This document shows, piece by piece, positions 13,509-24,200 of a stretch of DNA of 55,724 nucleotides (the stretch's first letter is position 1; each line of letters begins with the position of its first letter). Both the position numbers and the translations under genes were made by a program. The notes under the pieces are model-generated. The model was given only the letters and a program-made list of their open reading frames with translations. It did no database searches and was not told the origin of the DNA. Source of the stretch: Nemertoderma westbladi (Eukaryota; Animalia; Xenacoelomorpha). The stretch is from assembly GCA_032718475.1 (NCBI GenBank), contig JAUCBJ010008193.1, positions 1-55,724 of the forward strand, in the 5' to 3' direction.

Positions 13509-15762
13509 CAACTCCTGGGCGGTGGTGGAGTCGCTGACCGGCAGCACACTGAATTGTTTTTCCACACCATTTAACCAGCGTAGGTCGTATATTTGTGGAT
13601 GTGTGCAAAATATATATTCATCGTTAGTCCCAACACAAAGGTTATTGCTTTCCGGTGATATTGAACAAAATCCCGGGCCTTTTAATATTGCTCACCTCAA
13701 TGTACGTAGTTTATTTCCAACAGAAAATCCAAATTTTAAAATCGATTCCTTGAACAATTTCTTCAATGAAAAGGAATGTGATATTATTGCACTCTCTGAA
13801 ATTTGGCTTAAAAAGAATACATGTAAAAGTGAGCAACTGGAGGAAAAGTTCCCGGGATATCGTTTGTATGTTAATCCACGGAGTGATAATTCAGGATATG
13901 GTGGAGTAGGATTTCTCATAAGGGAAGACCTCCCACATATTAACCGACCCAAATATAATGTCTCCACATCAAATTGTGAATTAATATTTATTGATGTCTG
14001 GGTTAATAAACTCAAAATATTATTTGTGTGCGGGTACACTCCAACGTGCCCCTCTCAGGCGTTCTGGCTTGACCTACAAGATAAAATCACTACTGTACTT
14101 CAATCACAGAAATATAGTGGTTTTATACTTTTGGGAGACTTTAACACCGATTGTCTAAATTCCGCTCCACTAATTATACAACAATTCTGCTGCTCCTTAA
14201 ATGCCAAACAATTTATTAACAAAATTACTAGACCGGCGTCTGGATCCTGTATTGATCTAATTTTTTCTGACCTTCATCCATTTTTATCTTCCTCTCAAGT
14301 ACCAAATAAGTTGTTTTTCGGTGATCCTGTTCGGGAGGTTTCTGATCACTGCCCAACCTTAGCTATATTTAATTTTAACATAAAAAAACCCCCGTTACAT
14401 TCACGCACGCATTGGTTATATAAAACTGCTGATTGGCATGGTTACAGTAACTATGTGGATTCAAATACATGTTTCAATGATGTTATAAAGAACGACCCAA
14501 ATATGCTAGCAAAACAACTTACTCGGGTACTTATCGAAGGTAGAACTCAATTTATTAAAAATAAAGTAGTTAAAACACGTCAGTCAGACCCACCTTGGAT
14601 TAATGCTAACCTACGGGCGTTGTTCCGCCGTAGGGAAAAGCTTCATAGTAGGGCAAAAGGTACGGTAGACAATTCGAAGTCCTGGAAACAATTTAGACAT
14701 TTTCGTAATTATGTGCAAGAACAAGTTAAAGTTTCAAAAAGAGAACATGATAAAATCTTATATAGTCAGCTGCAGGATGGTACAAGGTCTAACCCAAAGA
14801 AGTGGTACAGTGTCGTTAATGCTACCCTCGGTCGTGTTAAAACACTACGCATACCATTCTTAATTGACGGCGATAAGGTCCATACAGAGGCCCAAGACAA
14901 GGCTGAATGCTTAAGTACATTTTTTGCCGAGCAGTCACATATAACTAATTTAGTTAAGCACATTCCATCTGTGCGTTTACCTATTGGAACTTTCGGTACT
15001 CCAGGTACTAGTCATCCTATTGGTACTCCAGGTAGTCAGACTATTGGTACTTTTGGCACTCCATGTAGTCAGCCTATTGGAACATTCGGTACTCCAGGTA
15101 CTAGTCATCCTATTGGTACTCCAGGTAGTCAGCCTAATAGAACCTTCGGTACTCCAGGTAGCCAGCCTATTGGAACATTCGGTACTCCAGGTACTAGTCA
15201 TCCTATTGGTACTCTTGGTACTCCAGGTAGTCAGACTATTGGTACTTTTGGCACTCCATGTAGTCAGCCTATTGGAACATTCGGTACTCCAGGTACTAGT
15301 CATCCTATTGGTACTCCAGGTAGTCAGACTATTGGTACTTTTGGCACTCCATGTAGTCAGCCTATTGGAACATTCGGTACTCCAGGTACTAGTCATCCTA
15401 TTGGTACTCTTGGTACTCCAGGTAGTCAGACTATTGGTACTTTTGGCACTCCATGTAGTCAGCCTATTGGAACATTCGGTACTCCAGGTACTAGTCATCC
15501 TATTGGTACTCCAGGTAGTCAGCCTAATAGAACCTTCGGTACTCCAGGTAGCCAGCCTATTGGAACATTCGGTACTCCAGGTACTAGTCATCCTATTGGT
15601 ACTCTTGGTACTCCAGGTAGTCAGACTATTGGTACTTTTGGCACTCCATGTAGTCAGCCTATTGGAACATTCGGTACTCCAGGTACTAGTCATCCTATTG
15701 GTACTCTTGGTACTCCAGGTAGTCAGCCTAATAGAAGCTCAGTTAGCTCAGTTGAAATATAA
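13486..15762 (+). CDS. LINE ORF2 derivative: 2A-like peptide + apurinic/apyrimidinic-type endonuclease + linker + Gly/Thr/Pro repeat tail; no RT
   Basis: APE motifs HLNVRSL, DIIALSEIW, GGVGFLI, LLGDFN, CIDLIF, SDHCP all present; CR1-like linker (PPWIN, NPKKWYS, KAECLSTFF); then tandem repeats to the stop. No ATG upstream of the APE in this frame. Confidence 0.88.
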   Translation, partial: KLKFLVFDNSWAVVESLTGSTLNCFSTPFNQRRSYICGCVQNIYSSLVPTQRLLLSGDIEQNPGPFNIAHLNVRSLFPTENPNFKIDSLNNFFNEKECDIIALSEIWLKKNTCKSEQLEEKFPGYRLYVNPRSDNSGYGGVGFLIREDLPHINRPKYNVSTSNCELIFIDVWVNKLKILFVCGYTPTCPSQAFWLDLQDKITTVLQSQKYSGFILLGDFNTDCLNSAPLIIQQFCCSLNAKQFINKITRPASGSCIDLIFSDLHPFLSSSQVPNKLFFGDPVREVSDHCPTLAIFNFNIKKPPLHSRTHWLYKTADWHGYSNYVDSNTCFNDVIKNDPNMLAKQLTRVLIEGRTQFIKNKVVKTRQSDPPWINANLRALFRRREKLHSRAKGTVDNSKSWKQFRHFRNYVQEQVKVSKREHDKILYSQLQDGTRSNPKKWYSVVNATLGRVKTLRIPFLIDGDKVHTEAQDKAECLSTFFAEQSHITNLVKHIPSVRLPIGTFGTPGTSHPIGTPGSQTIGTFGTPCSQPIGTFGTPGTSHPIGTPGSQPNRTFGTPGSQPIGTFGTPGTSHPIGTLGTPGSQTIGTFGTPCSQPIGTFGTPGTSHPIGTPGSQTIGTFGTPCSQPIGTFGTPGTSHPIGTLGTPGSQTIGTFGTPCSQPIGTFGTPGTSHPIGTPGSQPNRTFGTPGSQPIGTFGTPGTSHPIGTLGTPGSQTIGTFGTPCSQPIGTFGTPGTSHPIGTLGTPGSQPNRSSVSSVEI
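13642..13680 (+). other. 2A-like ribosomal skipping (StopGo) motif LLLSGDIEQNPG|P
   Basis: Matches D(V/I)ExNPGP directly before the APE domain, an arrangement known in CR1/L2-group elements of invertebrates. Confidence 0.9.
14979..15737 (+). repeat. Coding minisatellite (24/33/36-bp units built on a GGTACTNNN 9-mer) at the end of ORF2
   Basis: Translates PIGTFGTPGTSH / PIGTPGSQ / TIGTFGTPCSQ / PNRTFGTPGSQ; all unit lengths are multiples of 3. Confidence 0.95.
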
Positions 15763-16193
15763 ACTATAAAGGCTCTAGTGTGTAGAGAACTACAAAAAAT
15801 TCCAAATTAATAAATAAATTAGCACTTCTAATCAAATGTATTTTTGGACCTAAAATATACTGTGAATAAATTGAGAGCATTCACTTTCGTGTTGGAACTA
15901 TTTATATGTACGTACAGTATAACAACACACAATTATTTGTTGTATGTAATATATCTAATTTAACTTTGCTCTTCTACCCTTCTTGTTAACTATGTATGTA
16001 GGGTAATTGTGGAATATACAATAGCCTAGACTAGCCATAGCTATGACTAGGATTGTGACTGTGAGGTTTTCACCGGCGCTCGTGTTGGGTATGCGCTGCA
16101 AATATCTGTCTGTACAGAAATAATATATCTATATTTAATAATAGTATGTTTATCATGAATTTGTTGGTGGTGTATCATGTAACAAACCCGTGA

Positions 16194-16225
16194 GGGCAGG
16201 ATATAGGGCTTTGCCCTGTTTGCCC
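16194..16225 (+). other. 3'-terminal stem-loop of the LINE
   Basis: GGGCAG(GAT)ATAGGGC-TTT-GCCCTGT-TTGCCC pairs into a bulged hairpin ~22 nt before the poly(A). Confidence 0.65.
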
Positions 16226-16270
16226 GTAATTAAAGAAATATTAATGTAAAAAAAAAAAAAGGGCGCCAAC

Positions 16271-16623
16271 AAGGGTATCAACCAATCAGAGGGGGGAAAG
16301 GCATCGATTAGGTAGAGTAACAAGGCCAACCGTGCAATATAGCCACTTGGCAGTAATCATATCAGTTCAGTTATTTCAGTGTAATATTGGTGCTAGTTTA
16401 GGTTAGTTAGTTTAGCTAGGGAAGGACCGGGACTTTAATTACCGTATCCCGCCTTCTGTATACGACAACATTATCCGTACACCTATATCTATATACCCTA
16501 TATCTATATCAGTTATTATATACAACGAACGACACGGATTCCCTTTTTACCTTTCATACACACGGCGGGGACGAGTGAATTAAACAACCGGATAAATCGG
16601 GATCCTTCCTGGATCCTGTCACA
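16271..16623 (+). repeat. BEL1 5' LTR, right part
   Basis: Matches the remainder of the 3' LTR with two substitutions; ends ...GGATCCTGTCACA. Confidence 0.95.
16336..16372 (+). promoter_or_regulatory. Putative LTR core promoter (TATA-like AATATAG, Inr-like TCAGTT ~27 bp downstream)
   Basis: Motif match and spacing only. Confidence 0.35.
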
Positions 16624-16685
16624 GTAATTAAATCCGAGCTGTTCCCCTAGCCAGCTAAACCACCAGCCACCAATCACCAGGCGAG

Positions 16686-19600
16686 ATGAGCCAGTCGGGA
16701 GAAACAACGCCGACGCGGACCCCGGACGAAGAATTAACGATCCGCGAGGCCGCAACCAGGCGGTACAGGCCCACAACGCCGGACCCATCGGTAACGGGTC
16801 ATCCGGCAGTCCAGGATGAGGGGGGCCGCCTGGAACCCGAGGTCGAGCCAAGAGAAGGAGAGAGCGAGACGGAGGGAGACGGAGACGAGTCGACACGAGA
16901 CGTGGGTCGACGTACCGATGTCGCCGGCCAGCCACAGGCCGAGGGCGACGAGCGGCCCACCGAAACGGCGACGGTGCGGCCGACGGTACGACGCCGGACC
17001 CGAAGAGATGGAGGAGATGTCGGTACCGATGTCGCCGGCCAGCCACGGGCCGAGAGCGACGAGCGGCCCACCGAAACGGCGACGGTGGGGCCGACGGTAC
17101 GACGCCGGACCCGGAGAGACGGACGAGAGGTCGGCGACGAGGACGTCGGGGTTTCTGATCGACTTCGACGGGCCTACAACGCGACCCGGAGACTATTAGA
17201 GGAGGCCAGAGGAGGGGCGACGATGGACAAGGTAAAACTAAAGAGAAGACTAGGTGAGTCGAATAGACACTTTTATTATCTAATGCGCTTCGGGCAAAGA
17301 GGACTGGCCGAGGAGAGAGCGAGAGGGGTTGCCGAGGAACTGTATGACTTGTGGCGGTATGGGGGTATAGAACCTAGCGTAGTGTACGTAGGGCCGTACT
17401 TAGTCGATGCCCGGGGAGTAAAATTAGTGGGTTGGGAGAGACCTGAGGAGGACGAATCCGAGGTTAACCCCGAGGATTCAGCCTCGTCGGTCGGAGGAAG
17501 TTCCGGGAGGCGGGGGAAGGTTAGTAGGACGGGGAGGCGGAGGGAATCCGTTACAACCGATAAGTCTGCTACATCCTCCGTGAAAGAAAGACGGGTGAGA
17601 GATATAAATGCCGCGTACCGTCTTGATTTAATAGAGCAAGGTCAAAGGGAAGTAGGTAGACGGTTACAGGAGGGGAGAGTGCTGCTAGAGAGGGAAAAGG
17701 CATTGATTAGAGAAACCGGAGAGAGGGCCGAAAGGGCTTTGAAAAGCCTTAGGGAGTGTGAGGAAACAGAGAGGAGGGAACAAGAAGAGCATGAGGCGGA
17801 ACGTAGGGAACGTGTAGCGAGAGAGGAAAACGAGCGCAGAGAGCGTGAGGCGGAACGTAGGGAATGTGTAGCGAGAGAGGAAAACGAGCGCAAAGAGCGT
17901 GAGGGTGAACGCAGAGAGCGTGAGGCGAGACGAAGGGAGGGAGCTAGAAAAGAGTTGGAATTGGCCGAGCAAAGCGAACGGGAGTGTAGGGAGAGAATGG
18001 CAAGGGATGAGTGTGAGCGAAAAGAATTAGAGAGACGCCAAAGTGAGCTTATGGGGCATAAGATTAGACGCACGCGCGAGCTGCAACTGGCGCGGGCGGG
18101 GACGTCTGAGAGCGGGGCCGGCTCGAGTATTTCCGAGGAGCCGGGGGCCGTGGATACACTTATTAATACCCCACTTACAGGGACCGCACGACAGACCCAA
18201 AACTGGTATGACCGTACGGGCGGGGGGGGGGGGGGGGGGGGGTAATAACAATAATGCTACAGTAGACGTCGTTAATATTAATAGTACCGTATGGAATAAC
18301 TCTAACCAAACCTTTATTGCAGCAAATAATGATTTACCTAGTAGCAGTAATTTAAATTTAAGTACAAATAATAATTTCAATTTGGACGTGCAAAATAATT
18401 CAAATAATTTAAATAATGATCCAAGTCCGAATTTACAAAATAATTCAAATGATTTTGTTTCAAACGAACAAATTAATTCCGTTTCCAATGTGGGTGCTAT
18501 TAACGTGAACACGTCGGGCGTGTATGGCCAGGCAGACGGGGGCCTGGTAGGCCGTACAATTGGTAGGTCGGAGGTGGCGGGATTGAGCCAACCCAGAGAG
18601 GGCCTGGTAGGCCACGTAGTTGGTAGGCAGGGAGCGGCTGGGTTGGGTAGACCCGGTGCGGGCCTGGTAGGCCACGTAGTTGATAGGCAGGGAGTGGCTG
18701 GGTTGGACAGACCCAGCGAGGGCCTGGTAGGCCACGTAGTTGATAGGCAGGGAGTGGCTGGGTTGGACAGACCCAGCGAGGGCCTGGTAGGCCACATAGT
18801 TGGTATGGTAGGCAGGGAGTAGAGGGCCTGGTAGGCCACGCAATAGCAGAGGGAGAGACGGGGGTGAATAGACCCGACTGCGGTAGGGTTGATGTGTCGA
18901 CTAGAGAGGGATATAGTAGCGGGGTGAGGGATAGCGAAGTTAGATGTGACGAGTGGGGGGGGGCTACAGGGGCCCCACAACAGCGAGTTAGCGGCGAAAG
19001 GGGGGGTGGCAGGGAGTGCTCCACAGCCGTCAGCGGATAATGCGCGGGCCGAAATAGGTAAACCGCAACACCCGGCGACGGAGAGTAATAGGGGGGTTGT
19101 GAGTATCCCCAGCGGCGTGCGACCGAGCAGCGAGAGACAGGTTGACGTCGTGAGAGGGCGGACGAAGCGTCGAGCCCGATCAGAAGAGGGATGAAGAACA
19201 GTGGGGTTTAACCGGGAGGACGAGAGATCTCACGAGCGGGAATACTACACTGAAAGGGGAAGAATAGAAGACAGTAGTAAAAGTATCGCCGCGAACGATA
19301 GAAGAGCGAGGATGGATAGCGAGCCGTCGGTAGTCGAGATGAGAACGGAGAGTCAGTGGGTTCGGACTCCGGGAGATTGCCGTCGCCCCGGAGAGATGCG
19401 ACCTGGCGAGGTGCATTACGCGCCGATGGAAGGGTACACGATGTACCGGTACGAAGACGAGAACAGTAGAGAGGGAGGTCGAAGAGAAACTTTCCGACGG
19501 AATGTACCTAACGATCGAGAATACGGTAGCCGCGGGGAGGATTATTCGAGAAGAATAAACTTCGATCCCGAGCAACACATGCAGACTGTAGGACATACTG

Positions 19601-21251
19601 TAGGCCTTACTGCACATACCATAGGCCATACTGAGAGAGGCAATGTAGGGGATAGGATAGCGCGGACAACGGGATTAAACCCGGAAGTCGCGGAATACGT
19701 ACCGACGAGTAGGCCAGAAGCTGATAGGCCTATACCGGTACCAGTACAGCAGTATGACTACAGCATGCAGGGACATAACATATACCCAGGGGAGGGGGGA
19801 ATTATTGCGGATAGGTGTATGGGCCCCAACATATTAACATCAACCCCAGTACCAAGCATACCGGTGGGGGGGGACAGGGTGACATTCCCCCATCACAATA
19901 TCAACAATATACCCCGATAGGAGCGAGAACAACGAGACCCTTGGATGAAAATAGGTCGTGTGACACAGAGATATGGAGGGGGCCGCTACCCCCGATGACA
20001 TACCCAAGTCAAAGAAGATCAAGAAATAGGACGGACGAACCGCACCAGACAGGAGAAACTATACAGCATCCATCGAACCCATTGGAAATGCAGGCGATGG
20101 GGATGGCCACGTTGATCGATGCGTTGAAAACGAGGATCGAGTTACCACCCGTGGAACCATTCAAATTCGATGGGAGTAGGCCGGAAGAATATCTACAGTT
20201 TCGGCGCATGTATAGTAACGAAATACTTACGAAAAACTTGACGCAGGCGGAGTGCCTAAAGTATCTGCAAGTATACACGGGAGGCCCAGCATACGACATC
20301 GTGAGGCAATATCAAGGAATAGAGGGCGGCTTCACGACAGCATGGCGGGCACTGGATAGGGAATACGGGCACCCGGCCAAGATCATCAGACAGACACTGA
20401 GAGGCATAACATCGGGTGGCCTACAGGATAATCCCGTTAGCATTAAGACGTTCGCTAACAAGGTCGAAAAGGCGCTAATCGTGCTGAAGATGCTAGACGC
20501 GCCATACGAGCTCAACGCGTCCAATAACATCACCACGATAGCACAGGCACTACCAAACTGGCTGCGCAACAAGTGGAGGAAGATCGCCTTCTCCACTCGA
20601 GACAAGAAGGGTGTGGAACCGGGTTTAGAAGAAATGTCAAGCTTCTTAAACTACGAGGCTGAACTAATAACTGACCCAGTCTATAGCGAAGATAGCCTGG
20701 GAAAGGGACCGAAGATGGATTACCATAGACCGAAACCAGAGCACAATACATCAAACGCATTACCGAGGCTCAGGCAATCATTGCCATATGCAGCGACGCA
20801 GGGGACTGCAAGTCCACAGCTAGCCGAAGATAAGACAACACCATGGAACGGACAGGGAAACAATAACAACACGAATAAACACAACCCCAGTACGTCCAGT
20901 AGGCTGAATCCAAACAATAAGAATAGTAGGGACTTTGGTACAAACGCAGCTGTGATACGCAGTGCGCTGTATAAAGAGGGCTACGACCCAAAGAGCAAAT
21001 GCCAGCTACACGCAAATGCGCTTCATCAAACCATGAACTGCAGGTACTGGCAGGCGCTACCTAGGCAAGATCAGATAGATTATGCGTTGAGCAACAAAAT
21101 CTGCTCGCGATGTGTAATGAGTGGACATAGAGCAAGGGAGTGCAAGGAGAAGCCGGTAGAGTTTGGTCAAAGGAGAGGCCAGACGATGGCGACGAGCACA
21201 GTAGGGGCGAAGAAGAGAGGAACGGTGTTACTTGGAGTAGTACCCGAGTGA
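16686..21251 (+). pseudogene. gag: BEL1 gag with long N-terminal extension (disrupted)
   Basis: ORF pieces 16686-18245 (111-bp duplication, E/R coiled coil), 18043-18822 (Asn-rich, 60-bp repeats), 18946-19920, 19815-21251 (ELPPVEPFKFDG capsid-like region, CSRCVMSGHRAREC knuckle); frame changes at G runs 18223-18242 and ~19866-19872, plus stops. Confidence 0.82.
18539..18840 (+). repeat. 60-bp tandem repeat (~5 copies) inside gag
   Basis: GGCCTGGTAGGCC recurs at 18541, 18601, 18661, 18721, 18781. Confidence 0.9.
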
Positions 21252-24200
21252 TTGGGGAAGGCAATCGATCAGTAACAACACTAATGCTGGTTGATAGTGG
21301 AGCTGCCTTCACATTAGTCGAGGAATGGGTGGCCGAAGAGATAGGATTGAGAACGAGGCCAAGCAGAATGGCGGTAACAACCATCTCTAGCAAAGATGAG
21401 ATCCTGGAGATGAGAACAGGACGGTGCGCAATTGCAGCAGTGGCACCGGGATGCGACTATGGGGCAACAATCGACCCCATCCAAGTGATAGAGTCAATTA
21501 ATATCAATGCCAGGCGGCCAACCAACATTGAGGTCGAGCAATATAAATTCCTGGACGACATTGACTTCTCAATCCCAGACGTGGACGTTAGGAAGGTATC
21601 CATCATAGTGGGAATGGACTGCCCAACGGCCCACGAAAGAATGCAAACGGTCTTCGGCGAAGACAAGCAGTGTGACCCGGTGGCGATATTAACACCATTC
21701 GGGTGGACGCTGAGTGGCCCAATCAAGAGTAAGATACCATTTAGGATGTCGGAGACATCAGGATGCATGTTCGCGGGAACAATGCAGGAAATGGGTGATG
21801 AGGGAGCAGAGGAGCAGCTTAAAAGACTGCTCAGGCAAGATTTCGAGGGACTAAAAGAGACCGGGGTCGGGACCTCGGTAGAAGACAAGCAGGCTTTACA
21901 AAGCGTGGAGGAATCGATGACATGCAATGAGGGGCGGTATACTATAGGAATGGTATGGAAACTACCGAAGATACCGCTGCCCGATAATAGAGGGATGGTA
22001 CTCACGAGACTCCGCAAGCTGAAACAAACACTAAAACAGAGCCCCGAGAAGAATGAGTACATCCACAGAACGATTAAGAAGTACGTCGAGAGAGGATGGG
22101 CCGTGGAGTTACCGGTCGACGAGCCGAACACGGACAGAACATATTACCTGCCACTCCACGTGGCTTTAGACCCAAAGAAAGGTAAACTGCGGATGGTAGT
22201 TGACGCATCGGCAAAGACCAACGGAAAATGCTTAAACGACTATCTGCTAGAAGGCCCAAACATATACAACTCGGGCATAGAGGTCCTACTTAGATTTAGA
22301 AATGGGAAACACGCCTTCACGTGTGACATAGAAGGCATGTTCAACCAAGTCCGTGTAACGGAGGAAGATAGCGACAGTCAACGCTTCTTATGGTATAACG
22401 GCGAGGAAGAACCGTCGATAATACCGGCATATAAGATGGTAGTACAAAACATGGGGGCCAAGTCGTCTTCATTTACGACGACTATGGCAGTCAGAGACAC
22501 AGTGAAGGGGAAGGAAGATAGATACAGCACTAGGGCCGTCGATATGATTCAACGCGGCTTCTACGTAGACGACGGGATGGAGTCTGGAAATTCGGTTAAG
22601 GAGATACTGGACACAGGGCGCGAGGTTCGCGACATCCTAAAGGGATCCGGCTTTAACCTGACCAAATTCCAATCCAGTTCGAAAGAATTTATCAAGGCGA
22701 TAGAGGACAAGAGACCAGAATCGACCATGGATAATCCCACAACAGCCAAAGGGCAGGACATGGCGATTAAAAGAACAGAATCTCAACAGAAGGCATTGGG
22801 AATCGTGTGGAACAGAGAGACAGACGAACTGAAGTATCAGCTGAGCCAGGAGGGCGCAGACATCCACACGAAGAGGGGCTATGTATCGTATATAGCAAGG
22901 ATATACGATCCCCTAGGCCTAGCATCCCCATTATTAGTTACGGGGAAACAGATACTCAAGAGAGTATACAAATTGAAGGATGAGTGGGACGTAGAGGTAC
23001 CAGAGGAAATCAAGAAACAATGGAGTAAGTGGACAGGAGACTTGGAGAAGATGGGAACATACAACATGCCACGAGTGTATTTCCCGGATGGGAACATGAC
23101 GAACCTGGACCTACACATGTTCTCCGATGCGTCGTTGGAGGCGTACGGAGCGGCACTCTACTTAGTACAACGAGAGGGGGCTCATAAGCCCAGACTAGCC
23201 TTTAGCAAAGCAAAGTCAACGCCGCCAGATTCAGCATCAGTTCCCAAATTAGAATTGACAGCTGCGAGACTAGGAGTTAGAGCCACAGCCTACCTAGTGG
23301 ATACTATTCCCAACATAGTGGAGACACACTACTGGACGGACTCCATGGTAGTACTTGGTTGGCTACATAACGAAAGGACGAGATACCCAATATTCGTCGC
23401 AAATAGAGTGGACGAAATAAGGGCGAGCACAGAACTGGAAAGGTGGCACTACTGCCCAACGGACGAGAACCCAGCGGACTTGTTGTCGAGGGGCGTGGTA
23501 CGCCACACTTTCTTGAAGAAGGAAGTATTGTGGCAACATGGGCCACAATTTCTGAGCGATAAGGAGGCCTGGCCGCCGATGAGAAAGGTGGACCCGGGCT
23601 CAGAAGTAGTGTCAGAGGGAGAAGAGGGAGATTCAGAGGGAGAAGAGATATACTCCCAGATGGTGAGGGAGATTAGGGATGTGCAACCAAAACAAGAACT
23701 ATCGATAACCCGACGGATAAACTCCTCAGCTACAGTTCTAGCTGGTATAAGACCAAAAAACTAGTGGCGTACTGGAGAGCCTTCGGGAATCTCCTCGCGG
23801 GAGTTGGCAAGGACAAGAAGATCAGGACAACCATAGATCTGGAAGGAGCGGCCAAGGCAATCATCCGCTATGAACAACGGAAGAACTATAGTGACGAGGT
23901 AGAACGCGTCGGTAACCAACAACACCTCCGACGGGACAGCGAGCTGATCACGCTGTCGCCACAACTTAATGACGACGGGATTCTAGTAATGAACTCTAGG
24001 GTGGGATACAACAACAGCATAATCGTACCACCGAAACCCATCATTATTCCAACAGGATCGCCAATAGTTCACCAGATTATTTGGGACTCCCACAAGTCGA
24101 TATTGCACGGGGGCACCAACCGAACCCTCACGGAGATAAGGAGGACCTTTTGGGTCAAACAGTTGAGGAAGAAGGTAAAAGCGGTGGTGGGGCAGTGCCA

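Larger units (their letters stand above)
11833..16260 (+). mobile_element. CR1/L2-group non-LTR retrotransposon lacking reverse transcriptase, inserted in the BEL1 5' LTR
   Basis: Absent from the 3' LTR; ends in poly(A) (16248-16260); TSD (AAA)GGGCGCCAAC at 11820-11832 and 16258-16270; contains ORF1 and an APE ORF; no RT motifs seen. Confidence 0.92.

Noticed and set aside
14977-15769. Alternative-frame ORFs (Leu/Val-rich 261 aa; antisense Thr/Trp/Ser-rich 238 aa)
   Set aside because: Shadow frames of the coding minisatellite with no independent support.
21140-21251. Programmed gag-pol frameshift in BEL1
   Set aside because: BEL2 reads through this point in one frame (GTVLLRVVPVRMIG...LVDSGA) and BEL elements normally have a single gag-pol ORF; a small deletion explains it.
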